A stretch of 64,000 nucleotides of DNA, taken from the NCBI GenBank assembly GCA_049515535.1, contig JBEKTZ010000001.1, positions 1 through 64,000 of the forward strand. The letters are read 5' to 3'. A program made the translations under genes and the position numbers. The notes beneath the pieces are model-generated. The model made no database searches. It was given only the letters and a program-made list of their open reading frames with translations, and had not been told where the DNA came from. Each line of letters begins with the position of its first letter. Within the stretch, counting starts at the first letter, position 1. Positions 48,520 through 58,500 of this stretch are shown one piece after another. The DNA comes from Candidatus Aminicenantales bacterium (GTDB lineage: Bacteria > Acidobacteriota > Aminicenantia > Aminicenantales > UBA4085).

Positions 48520-48957
48520 TCATTTCAGGAGCGTGCCCGTGTCGCCGACGGTCCACTGCTTGTTGGCGAAAATGTAGAGGACCGTCCGCTGGACGTCCTG
48601 CTCCTTGTTGTTTTTGTACTTGATATCCATCAGCATCCAGTCGTCGAGACCCTTGAAAAACATGTCGAGCACGTTTTCGCTCGGCGTGGCGAACTTCTTG
48701 CCCTTGAACCGGCCGAGCATCTTTTTGTCGTGGCCGTAGTTCCTGATCTGGACCGGCAGGGCGGCCCGCACGTCGGCGTCGCTCTTGATGAATTCCTCGA
48801 CGGCGTTCTTCGGCGCGTAATTCTGATCGATGGTGACCCAATCGTATGTGGCGGCCGGGGAGCCGCTTCCTTTCAGGGCTTTAAAAATGAAAAACCCGCC
48901 GACGACGATGATATCGAAGAGAAGGAAATAGACGAGATATTTGACCGTTTTGTTCAT
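48520..48957 (-). CDS. Hypothetical single-TM protein
   Basis: AAGGAGG RBS, N-terminal hydrophobic helix, co-oriented in the operon. Confidence 0.7.
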   Translation of the reverse strand: MNKTVKYLVYFLLFDIIVVGGFFIFKALKGSGSPAATYDWVTIDQNYAPKNAVEEFIKSDADVRAALPVQIRNYGHDKKMLGRFKGKKFATPSENVLDMFFKGLDDWMLMDIKYKNNKEQDVQRTVLYIFANKQWTVGDTGTLLK

Positions 48958-48973
48958 GGCGTCCTCCTTGTGA

Positions 48974-50095
48974 TCAGGCCTCAGGCAAGGTCTTCTGGAT
49001 GGGCTTCCGCGATTTCTTTTCGGCGGCGACCCTCCGCGCGGCCTCCCGATGAAGAAGCTTGAAACGATCGGATGGAAGGATGCGTTTCTTCATTTTGGCC
49101 AGCAGGCCTTCCACTTTCCCACCCACGCCCGGGCCGCCGCCGACGCTCCCGAAGATTTCTTTCTCGCGCACATCCGGATCCAGCTTGACGTAGTCATCCA
49201 GCTGCGTCCGGCCGATATAGCCCAGGCTCCGCAGCGTCCTCAGCATGGCCAGGGTGCTGACGCCGAAATAGCGCTTCAGATAAATCACCTGGTCGAAGAC
49301 CAGGCGCTGCGGCGTGTTCACGCGGAGGTCCTTGGCGATGATCTCCCGGACTTTGTCGGGAGGCATCAAAAAGCGCGCGGCAAACGTTTGGGCGTAGACT
49401 TCGCGCGGATGGTAGAGCGCGACGTACTCGTCCACGAAAACGTCGGGATTGTCGATGACCGGGCCTTCGTTGCGGTCCTTGAGGTAATGGCAGTATTCAT
49501 GAACGGCGCTGAAGGCCTGACGGCCGACCGCCTGGGCGGAGTTGACGAGAGCGAAGGCGGCCTCCTTCTGCTCGAGGTAGATGAAGACGCCGCTCACCTT
49601 GGAATCCTCGGGCATGGGCATGCGCAGGATCCGGCAGCCGTTGGCCTCGAGAAGAGCGAAGATATCGCGGACGGGCTCGTCGCCCAGGCCGAGGCGGCGC
49701 CGCTCTTCGTCGGCCGCGCGTTCGGGCGCGATCGATGGCGCATAAAGAGGAGCGAGCTCGAGATGCCGGCCCGTGATGGCTTCGAGGCGCAGGTAATCGT
49801 CGCAATAGCGGCGAAACTTCTGGAGCTCTTCGCGGGCCCGGTCGTCCACGGCTTCGGCCCGGAAGAGGAGCGTGAACGAATCGAGCGGAGCGGGTTTCTC
49901 ATAAAAGAAGAAGGCGATATCGCGGTTGAGGTAGGCGGCGATCTTCTGGAGCGTGGAAAAGGACGGCACCCGTTTGCTGGCCTCGAGAACCGAGATGTAT
50001 TCCGGCGATAAGCCCACGGCGCGGGCGAACGTGGTCTGGGAAAGGCCGATGGCTTCGCGGGCTTTACGGAGCTTGGCCCCGATGAATTTGTCCAT
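48974..50095 (-). CDS. XRE HTH-ImmA/IrrE zinc metallopeptidase fusion
   Basis: N-terminal HTH (GLSQ..FA..VGLS..YIS.LE), HEYCH (HEXXH), A..FAARFLMP, FGVS. Confidence 0.9.
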   Translation of the reverse strand: MDKFIGAKLRKAREAIGLSQTTFARAVGLSPEYISVLEASKRVPSFSTLQKIAAYLNRDIAFFFYEKPAPLDSFTLLFRAEAVDDRAREELQKFRRYCDDYLRLEAITGRHLELAPLYAPSIAPERAADEERRRLGLGDEPVRDIFALLEANGCRILRMPMPEDSKVSGVFIYLEQKEAAFALVNSAQAVGRQAFSAVHEYCHYLKDRNEGPVIDNPDVFVDEYVALYHPREVYAQTFAARFLMPPDKVREIIAKDLRVNTPQRLVFDQVIYLKRYFGVSTLAMLRTLRSLGYIGRTQLDDYVKLDPDVREKEIFGSVGGGPGVGGKVEGLLAKMKKRILPSDRFKLLHREAARRVAAEKKSRKPIQKTLPEA

Positions 50096-50126
50096 GCGCG
50101 CGCACCCCCTCGGCGCTTACGGGGCA

Positions 50127-50155
50127 AGCATAACGAAGAGTCAGAAAAATGTCAA
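50127..50155 (-). promoter_or_regulatory. sigma70 promoter of the XRE-ImmA operon
   Basis: TTGACA-N17-TATGCT. Confidence 0.65.
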
Positions 50156-50192
50156 GGAGCGCGTCCCGTGATGACGGATGGTCAACCAGCGA

Positions 50193-51866
50193 TCAGATCC
50201 CGATGATGGTCGCGTCTTTCGGGTATTCGATCGTGAAGTCGATCGTGATCTCCTTCTTTTCCTGCGGCGCTAACGTCAGCGTCCAGGTCAGCAGGCCTTT
50301 ATCGTCCTTCTTCGCCGCCGCCGGCTGGATGATCGCGTCCTTGACCTCGATCTTGCTGTTCTGGCTCACCGGGAGCTGATCCATCACTTCGATGGCCACC
50401 GGCGTCTTTCGCAAATTCTGGACCGTGATTTTAAAAGCTAGCCTCAGCTTCTCGGTCTTGCTCAGGAACCCGGCGCCGATCTTCTCCCGCTTCACCTGCT
50501 CATAAGCGACCTTGATCTGCCGGTCCTCGCCGAAATACAACTTGGCTTCGTCGTCCGCGGCCACGTGCGGGAGCTGGGTGGTGCCGACGAAATCCTGCAT
50601 GATGAAAAGGTCCGCGTTTCCGGGCAGGAGTGGATACGGCAGTGTGTTCTTCAGACTTCCCCTCAAGAACATCATGTCCTTGAGCTTCGGGACGGCGACG
50701 TAGTCGAACTTGACTTTGAGCTTCTGGGAATCGATCGGGACCTTGTGCGGCGCGCCGTCGCTCGGGACGTCCACCGGCCGCCGGATCTCGAAGTTCACGT
50801 GGATGCCCGTCTCCATGACGGCGGCCGTATCGGGCTCGGCCTCCCTGAGCGGAGGAGGCGCCGGGGCCATGACGCCGCCGAGGACCCCCCCGATCACGCC
50901 GCCTTCGACGCCTCTGCCCGGAGCCGGGCTCGGTCTCGCGGCGCTTTTATAGACCGGGCGCGGCACATAAATATCGAGCAGCCAGGGATTGAGCTCGGCC
51001 GGCTGGCTTTCGAGCGCCGGCGACGACGTCGAGAGCTGCGCTTTCACGCCCTCCCAATTCTCGCCGCTCCTCTGTTGAATGACTCCCGTGACGGTCAGTT
51101 CGATTTCGCTCGAATCGGGAAGGGCGCGCATCGTATACAGCGGCATCCACCGCGCGTTCGTGACGGTGTAAGAAAGCTCTAGGGAGAAATCGCCGGCCTG
51201 GGCCGCATCGACGAGCACCGCGACCTTTTTGGCCTCCTGGGGCCGCGACGGCTTGATCGCATCGAGTTTCTTTTTGAGCGCATCGAGCTGGGCTTCGTTC
51301 GCATTCTGCTCTTTGAGTTTCGCCAGCTGCTTTTCCTTCAAGCCCTGCATTTTCGCCGCCACAAAATCCATGACTTTTTCCCAGCTCAAGGTATCGGGCT
51401 TTCCCTGAGCGACCTGCTCGGAGGCCCGGGCCGTCGTCGAGGCCTGGATCGACAGGAGAAATTTTTCCTGGGCGTCGAGGACTTCGATCTCGCCCTTGAT
51501 CTTCCCGATGAGGTACCGCAGAGCCTCGATCTCGGCCTGGAGTTTTTTCACCTCGGGGAGGACGGCCGTATCGAGGAATTCGCTGTCAGCTTCGATGCCG
51601 AGGATCTTGACGGCCGCCGTCCCCCGGCCCGCGGCCCGTAAGGAGTTCGGAATGAGGGTCGTGGGAAGGCCGCTGAAGACGACGGACTGCGCTCCCGGCG
51701 CGAGCTTGATCTCGGCCCGGCGGACGACCGTCGCCCGGTCGGGAAATATCGTCACCGAAACGATCTTGCTCGCCGACGAAATCTCCTTGGCGTCCTGGGC
51801 CGGAGCGGCGGACGAATGCCAAAAGAGCGCGGCGAGAAAAACGACGATAAAGGATATCTTTTTCAT
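50193..51866 (-). CDS. MuiA / DUF4140-DUF4139 family protein
   Basis: I.SVTIFPDRATV.R, LSY.V.NA.W.P.Y, Q.SGENW, V.DQLPVS, G.LTW. Confidence 0.88.
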   Translation of the reverse strand: MKKISFIVVFLAALFWHSSAAPAQDAKEISSASKIVSVTIFPDRATVVRRAEIKLAPGAQSVVFSGLPTTLIPNSLRAAGRGTAAVKILGIEADSEFLDTAVLPEVKKLQAEIEALRYLIGKIKGEIEVLDAQEKFLLSIQASTTARASEQVAQGKPDTLSWEKVMDFVAAKMQGLKEKQLAKLKEQNANEAQLDALKKKLDAIKPSRPQEAKKVAVLVDAAQAGDFSLELSYTVTNARWMPLYTMRALPDSSEIELTVTGVIQQRSGENWEGVKAQLSTSSPALESQPAELNPWLLDIYVPRPVYKSAARPSPAPGRGVEGGVIGGVLGGVMAPAPPPLREAEPDTAAVMETGIHVNFEIRRPVDVPSDGAPHKVPIDSQKLKVKFDYVAVPKLKDMMFLRGSLKNTLPYPLLPGNADLFIMQDFVGTTQLPHVAADDEAKLYFGEDRQIKVAYEQVKREKIGAGFLSKTEKLRLAFKITVQNLRKTPVAIEVMDQLPVSQNSKIEVKDAIIQPAAAKKDDKGLLTWTLTLAPQEKKEITIDFTIEYPKDATIIGI

Positions 51867-52053
51867 GGGGGCCTCCTCCAATGTCAAAGGACGAGCCTTC
51901 GCGGCAGAAGTGGACCCCCGAGCAAAGCCCGGGCCCCCGGCTGCCGTCGATGATTATTTGTATAACAATTATTGGCCGGGGTCAAACTCCTTCCCTGAAA
52001 AGGCAAAGCGGATTGGAAAAACCCATGACGCCTGGCGTATGTATAATGAATCG

Positions 52054-52524
52054 ATGCCATCCGGGATTGAATCTTATCCGAAATTCAGGACTATGGCCGT
52101 CGTCTTCATTTTGTTCTGCTTGTTCCGCCCAGTTCTTGTCCATTGCGCCGTGTCCTCCCCCGCTCCTCCCGAGGATACGAATGTCCTCCTGATCACGATC
52201 GATACGCTCCGCTACGACAGAATATCGATCCTCCCCCGCCTCCTCGGCGATCTGGAAAGATTGAAGAAAAGCCTGACAGGGACGGGCACGACGCAGGATT
52301 TGTTGAGCCGACTGGGAATCATGTCGGCCATGGCCAAGAGATATGGGGAATCCATCGAGACTCTTGAACTGGGCGTGAAAAAAGATAAATATAACCCGGA
52401 CAATTTCAATTATCTCGGGCTGGCCTATATGAAGACCGGCAAATTCTCCTTCGCCGAGGATCAATTCAAGAAAGCTCTCGAACTCAAACCGGACCTTGTC
52501 GCGGCCCTCAACAATCTCGGATAG
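52054..52524 (+). pseudogene. Internally deleted sulfatase-TPR gene
   Basis: The sulfatase N-terminus NVLLITIDTLRYDR is joined directly to TPRs; no catalytic core; it stops mid-TPR at ALNNLG*. Confidence 0.7.
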
Positions 52525-52589
52525 CTGATAAGGTTCAGACAAAGCCTTGGCTCGCTACTGGGAATTTCGGGGATCGTCCCGGCAAAAAA

Positions 52590-52631
52590 GAGAGCCAGCG
52601 AGAGGAATCGAACCTCCGACATACTGATTAC
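52590..52631 (-). repeat. Duplicated 3' half of tRNA-Thr (att site)
   Basis: Matches 54751-54792 with one mismatch and ends in the anticodon loop. Confidence 0.9.
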
Positions 52632-52720
52632 TAAACAAAATTAATAACGGCCATAGGGGTGAATTGGCTTTATTTGCGTCGTGAGCTTTATTTCAAAATA
52701 TTCCAATATCCGCATCATAC

Positions 52721-54532
52721 CTATGTACCTGGCCCTTTATATAAATCCAAGACATTTGAATCGGGCGTAAGTTTGTGGAAAATAAAATAGTCGCCAAAAA
52801 TGTAATTCCTCCCAAAGTGCTGCTGCAGGAAATAATTAGTCAGCTGTTTGTTGTTGCCTATCCTATTCACCAAAATCAATGGGTTAAAATCACCCACTGT
52901 TAATAAGGGATTTAGAATACGCTCTGACTTTCCCTCTACCAGCTCTGACTTTAGCACATTCATTATTGAGTCAAAATCTTTACTTCGCAACCGCGGTACA
53001 CCATCGTGATAATTAAATTTTTCATGACCTCTAACCTTTTCAAGCTCTTCAGGCCCAAAACCAAACACAAATACATGACTAAACTTTTTAGAATGTATCA
53101 ACTTAGCTACTTCTTGAAGAAAAACAGTCTTGGGACGCATATAAATTTCATTCCATTTTCCCGAAACAAATGGGATCACCCAGAGAAGAACCCAGGCCCC
53201 AATAACCATTCGCCGTAAAAAAGGCGTTTTCAATTTTGGCCCCATAGCTGAAAAAACATATTCCACAGAAAGAAAGGTAATCAAAACCAACACCACATAA
53301 AACACCATGAGGTTTCTACTTAGATATGAGCCCTGTGCAGCTAAAGATACGATAACAGCGACCAATGGACTTGCCCACGACAGAATAATTATCTTCTCTC
53401 TCCTGCCAGCTTTTACCAACGCCAACAACAAAAGCGCTGGCAAAATAAAAAGCCATGGCCCTAACAGCGAATACATTTGTTTACACAAAACAAACAGATG
53501 AAACGCCCCTTTCGGAATCTCATCATTATCCTGGATCCATCCAGCGTAATACCAAAAGGGATGAGTAACGGCGTGAATATAATTGCCCAAAGAGGTTGCA
53601 CTAAGAAAAGCTGGACAATTTATGAGTGCTAAAGAGCAGAGAAATACTATAGCAAACAATCTTATTCTTCCCAAAAATTCACTAAAATCCCGTTTAGCAA
53701 GATAAAAAGCCACTATTGGAATAGGCACAAAGAAGATAGCGGATATTTTTGCGGAAAGCATGGCCGCTGCCATGAACCCCGCCAGCAACACATCCCAATG
53801 AGATGTCCGATTCCGCTCTATCAGAAATAGAAAATGAGCTATCATTAAATTAAGCATGACAATAGCAGCAGGCTCCACTAAAAAACTTATCGACATTTCT
53901 TGCAATACACTATCCAATCCTAGATATAAAATAAGTCCAGTGCCCAATATAAAAAAATTTTTCTTATAGCAATAGAAAAGGAGCGGCAAAAAACTCAAAA
54001 ACACCACCAATACATAGAATTTTCTAATGCCAAAAAGAAACTCTTTCAGATTAGGATCACTTAAGTTGGGATATCCGCTAGCGGCAGTGATTTTCCAATT
54101 GTTCTTTAGATAGAAATAACCGGCATACCTGTTGCCAGCTCGATCCCACATATTCCCCAAATGTCTATTCATAGTGATAAGTCCATAGGGGTAGGCTATT
54201 CTCGCAAACCATCTGGCCGTCTCTAATGACCCAAGCTCCTGAGTGGAATTAAAAAAGTTTTTACCAAAATAGATAGAACTTAGAGCATGCGAAACCGTGT
54301 AATATTCATCAGTATGCCAGAGATCTTTGGTCAATTGAAGATTATTGACTCGTACGCAGAAAAAAAGGAAGAAACTAAGACCCAAGAGGACTACAAAATA
54401 GCAACGCTTCTTTTGTTGTGAATCTAATGAATGATTCCATCTTTTTAAAAAACGTGTGGCTATTTCCCAAAGGTACGTAACTGAAAATTTTCTACTTATA
54501 TCCTTACGATGACTATAATTTCGCCGAAACAT
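52721..54532 (-). CDS. Polytopic membrane protein, probable GT-C glycosyltransferase (ArnT/PMT-like)
   Basis: WHTDE motif after the first TM, many TM segments, S.K and RN motifs; start uncertain. Confidence 0.6.
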   Translation of the reverse strand: MFRRNYSHRKDISRKFSVTYLWEIATRFLKRWNHSLDSQQKKRCYFVVLLGLSFFLFFCVRVNNLQLTKDLWHTDEYYTVSHALSSIYFGKNFFNSTQELGSLETARWFARIAYPYGLITMNRHLGNMWDRAGNRYAGYFYLKNNWKITAASGYPNLSDPNLKEFLFGIRKFYVLVVFLSFLPLLFYCYKKNFFILGTGLILYLGLDSVLQEMSISFLVEPAAIVMLNLMIAHFLFLIERNRTSHWDVLLAGFMAAAMLSAKISAIFFVPIPIVAFYLAKRDFSEFLGRIRLFAIVFLCSLALINCPAFLSATSLGNYIHAVTHPFWYYAGWIQDNDEIPKGAFHLFVLCKQMYSLLGPWLFILPALLLLALVKAGRREKIIILSWASPLVAVIVSLAAQGSYLSRNLMVFYVVLVLITFLSVEYVFSAMGPKLKTPFLRRMVIGAWVLLWVIPFVSGKWNEIYMRPKTVFLQEVAKLIHSKKFSHVFVFGFGPEELEKVRGHEKFNYHDGVPRLRSKDFDSIMNVLKSELVEGKSERILNPLLTVGDFNPLILVNRIGNNKQLTNYFLQQHFGRNYIFGDYFIFHKLTPDSNVLDLYKGPGT

Positions 54533-54753
54533 ATAATCAATTTAAAGGAGAGGGTGACATATGTCAACATAAGGAGCCTCACTCAAAAACTGATCCAGCC
54601 AAAAGTCAAGTTTTCTGGATTGAGCCTATGCTGATCCTTCAATGACAGACTACTCCCCGTGTCACACCGGTGTCACAAAAAATGCTAAATCTCGCTTAAA
54701 CTTGGTTAAAGGTGCTAAAAGGAATTTTGGGGTTTTTCCCCGAGAAACGAGAG

Positions 54754-54826
54754 AGCCAGCGAGAGGAATCGAACCTCCGACCTACTGATTACGAATCAGT
54801 CGCTCTGCCGGCTGAGCTACGCTGGC
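54754..54826 (-). tRNA. tRNA-Thr(CGT)
   Basis: GCCAGCGTAGCTCAGCCGGCAGAGCGACTGATTCGTAATCAGTAGGTCGGAGGTTCGATTCCTCTCGCTGGCT folds as a cloverleaf; CCA not encoded. Confidence 0.97.
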
Positions 54827-54849
54827 ATCAAGGACAAACTCGGCTCAAT

Positions 54850-54878
54850 AAAGTAGCCTAAATCGCCCCGTCTGTCAA
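54850..54878 (-). promoter_or_regulatory. tRNA promoter
   Basis: TTGACA-N17-TACTTT. Confidence 0.65.
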
Positions 54879-54975
54879 ATCCGATCCCAGGGCAAGAGGT
54901 CGAACGGTTTCGCTTGATCGGATACGAAGAGGTTCTTGGGGCCGAGAGGTCAGGAGGCCAAATTCAGAGAAGTCC

Positions 54976-55347
54976 CTACGGATTCTTCTTTTTGTTTTTA
55001 TGTGATTCGCACCATCGCAAATAGCCTAAATCCAGAAGTTCGCTCTTCGCGCGCTTATCCATTTTCTTGATCTTGAGTCCCACCTGGAGGCGCTTCCCTT
55101 TCGATTGACTCCAGACGATCTCGCCCGTCACGGAATAGGGTTGGTCATTTTCGACACTTTGGAGCCTGAAATCAAGGTTCGCGCCGGGTTTGAGGGCCGT
55201 ATCCAGATCCAAAACGAGCCTGCCTCCCTCGCGCGAAATATCCTCCAGGGTCCCTTTATCGGCGAGGGGAGTTTCCCCCTCGAATTTCAGACTATCGACG
55301 GGAACGAAACACTCGAAGCGCAGATACTTCCTTTTCTCCTCCGCCAT
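54976..55347 (-). CDS. Stand-alone PilZ-domain protein
   Basis: RKYLR (RxxxR) and DISREG (DxSxxG) c-di-GMP motifs. Confidence 0.85.
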   Translation of the reverse strand: MAEEKRKYLRFECFVPVDSLKFEGETPLADKGTLEDISREGGRLVLDLDTALKPGANLDFRLQSVENDQPYSVTGEIVWSQSKGKRLQVGLKIKKMDKRAKSELLDLGYLRWCESHKNKKKNP

Positions 55348-55384
55348 GCTTCTATTTATTCACGTTTCACGAAAAATATCAAGT

Positions 55385-55460
55385 CAAGGGGGCGGCTCCC
55401 CCTTGGATCCCTCTACGCGCGGTTCCACGTGGCAAGCCACGGGGCTTATCCACCGCTCGT
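55385..55460 (-). repeat. Multi-hairpin dispersed repeat, copy 3 (first two hairpins only)
   Basis: The reverse complement ACGAGCGG...CCCCGTGGCTTGCCACGTGGAACCGCGCGTAGAGGGATCCAAGGGGGAGCCGCCCCCTTG aligns to 289-358. Confidence 0.85.
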
Positions 55461-55593
55461 AAAGCCCGGGGCCCCGGCCGCCGCCGGAAATGCCGGCCGG
55501 CGTCCGCGCCCGTTCGGCGACGAGGCCCGGCCTCATATTTCGCTTTTCAATTCAAGCCGTTTTGAATACAATACTGCCTCGGAAAACTAAATC

Positions 55594-58500
55594 ATGATCA
55601 TCAAAAGGCTTGAACTCCAAGGGTTCAAGACGTTCCCCGACCGGACCAAAGTCGTCTTCAACAAAGGCATTACGATCATCATCGGCCCTAACGGCACGGG
55701 CAAGAGCAATATCGTCGAAGCCATCCAATGGGTCCTGGGCGGACAGCGGGTGAAATCCGTCCGCGGCGAGAAGATCGAGGACTCCATTTTCAGCGGCACC
55801 GTCCACAGGCCGGCCATGGGCATGGCCGACGTCACGCTCGTCCTCCAGAACTCCGGAGACGAAATGCAGATCAACCACCGCGTCTTCCGGTCCGGAGAAA
55901 GCGAGTATCGGCTGGATGGAAAGGTCGTCCGCCTCAAAGATATCCATGACGAGCTCTGGAAAAAAGCCATCTCGGAAAATAAATATTTCGTCATCGAGCA
56001 AGGGGCCATCGGGACGTTCGTCACATCCAAACCCACCGAGAAAAGGGCGCTGATCGAAGAAGCGGCCGGCACCGCTTACTACAAGGACAAGAAACGGCTG
56101 GCCGAAAACAAGCTTGAAGGTTCCGCGCAGAATCTGGTCCGGCTCGAAGATATCCTCGCCGAGGTCGCCAAAGCCAAGAACTCCCTGGCCCGCCAGGCCG
56201 GCGCCGCCGAGAGATACCGGAAGCTGCGCGAGCGCATCCGCGAACTCACGGCCCACAACTTCCGGCTCAAGAGCGAGCAGCTCGTCTCCAGCCAACAGGA
56301 CGTCCAGTTTCACTACGACCAAAGCCTGGGGTCGGAACGCGAAATCCTGTCGCGCCTCGCGGCGGAGGAAAAAACCGTCAATCAGAACAGGAAAGAAGCC
56401 TGGGAATTGGAGCAATCGCTGAAGGACGGCAAGGAAAATCTTTTCGCCCTGAAATCGCAGATCGCCCGGTTCGAAGCCGAGAAAGAGCGGGAAACCAAAC
56501 GCATCGAATTTTTTGAGGAGAAGCGAAAAAAGGCGGCCGCCGACATCGACGAACTCCTGGCCGAGCTGCTCCTCCAGGAAAAGGACATCCTCCAGGCGCA
56601 GAGCGGCCTCAAGACGAACGTCGAATCGTTCGCGAGGAAGAAAAAGGACGCCGAAGACCTCGAGCGCGCGCATCGGGAAACCGAGGCGCGGATCGCCCCA
56701 CGGGCGAAAAAAATCGAAGCCCTTCGGGGCGATTATCTCCTGAAGTTCAGCGAAGTCACGGAGGCCAAGAACGAAGGCGCGAAGCTCGACAAAGAACTGG
56801 AACTCATCCGCCGCCAGGAAGAGAAAATCCGGCTGCGGCAGGGCGAAACCCGGACGAAGCTCGACGAAAAAGGCCGGGAGATCGCTGGGCGTGATGACCG
56901 CGGACGGCAAATCCTCAGGAAAATCGAGGAAAAGGAAATCCAGGTGGCCGCCCTGCACAACCGGCGCAACGCAGCGGCGTCGGCCATCGAAGACCTTCAG
57001 GCCGTCGTGCGCGGTCTCAAGGAAAAACGGGACGAGGATGCCTACCACGCGCAGGCCTTGCGCAAACTGGAAGAAAAAGAGCGGGCCGCCGAACCCCTGT
57101 TAGACGTCGAGGGCGCCCTGGGTTTTTTCACCGATCTTCTCGAATCCGATCCGGCCGACGCGCCGCTCATCGACGTCTTCTGGAAAGAGGAAGCCCGGGC
57201 CACGGTCATTTCGGCGGAGGAGTTCCTGAAAAACCTGTCCGGCCGAGAGATCCGCGGCAACTTTCTGCTCCTTCCCGACCGCCCGAAAGAGCGCCTTCCC
57301 CATGCCGTCGTAGAGGACCCCGCCGTCATCGGCCTGCTTTCCGGGCGGCTACGCCCGAGCCCGAAGATGAAGGGCCCGCTGCCCGAATTGCTCGACGCGG
57401 TCATCGTCGACGACATCCAAGCCGCGATCCGCCTCTGGCTCCGTTTTCCGGACATGAGCTTCATCTCCCTCAAGGGAGACGCGCTCCTTTCGACCGGTCT
57501 CCTCAAGCTCGGCCAGCGGAAGGAAGGCCTTTTCACGCTCAGCCAGGAGATCAAAGAACTCGACAAAAAGGTGACCCTCCGCGATGAGGAAATCCGGCCT
57601 TTCGCGGCGCGCCTCGAAGAAAACGCGCTCGCCAAACAGGCGTTCGAAGCGGACATCACGGCGGAGAGCGGACGTCTCGCGGAGCTCCATAAAAGCCAGC
57701 AGGAAATCGAGAAGACGATCGCTCTCGGCCTGGCCGAAAAAGAGAATCTGGCGAACGACATGGCCCTTCTCGATCATGAACTTGAAGTCCTGGGCATGGA
57801 CAGGGCGGGCTTCACCCAAAAAGGCGAGGCCCACGCGCGCGTCATCCGCGGCCTGGAAGACAAAGAGCGGGAACTCCGGGGCCGGGCCGAAGCCGAAGAA
57901 AAAGAATTCGCGCTTCTCCAGGAAAAGGCGAACCTGGAAGGGAAAGGCCTTCTCGAGCTCGGCGGGATCCTCGATGTGCTCCAGGAGAAAACGAACAGTC
58001 TCCAGATTTTCATCAAGAACTTGACCCCGCGCAAGGAAAGCGCCGCGGCGAAGATCGACGCGCTGAAAGCGGACGCGGTCGCCGCGGAAGAAGAAACGGC
58101 CCGCCTGAAAGACCTCATCGTCGGACTGGACGATAAGATCGTCGCGCAGGAGGAACGGAAGAATCAGCTGGAATCCAGACTCTCCGAAAGCGAATCCCGC
58201 CTCCGGCGAATCCAGGACGAGGTCGTCGCGGCCGAGACCGGCCTGGCCGCGCTCCGCGAAGAATTCGAGCGGAAAAAAGACGAGCGCATGAAATGGGAGA
58301 TCCGGAAAGCGGAGATCGACCGCGACCTGGTGAACCTCGAAGAGACCTGCTGGCAGGAACTCAAAAAAACGCTCCAGGAAGTGAAGGCGGAGCCGAGGCC
58401 GGCCGAAGCCGAGGCCGGCGCCGTGGAGGCCGAGCTCGAGGAGGCCAAGGAGAAACTCCTGAAATACGGCGCCGTCAACCTCATGGCCGAGGAAGAATAC

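Larger units (their letters stand above)
52590..54792. mobile_element. tRNA-Thr-integrated AT-rich genomic islet without an integrase
   Basis: Bounded by direct tRNA repeats; abrupt shift to AT-rich sequence; single cargo gene. Confidence 0.75.

Noticed and set aside
52590..52631. Second tRNA gene
   Set aside because: Only the 3' half is present; it is an att duplication.
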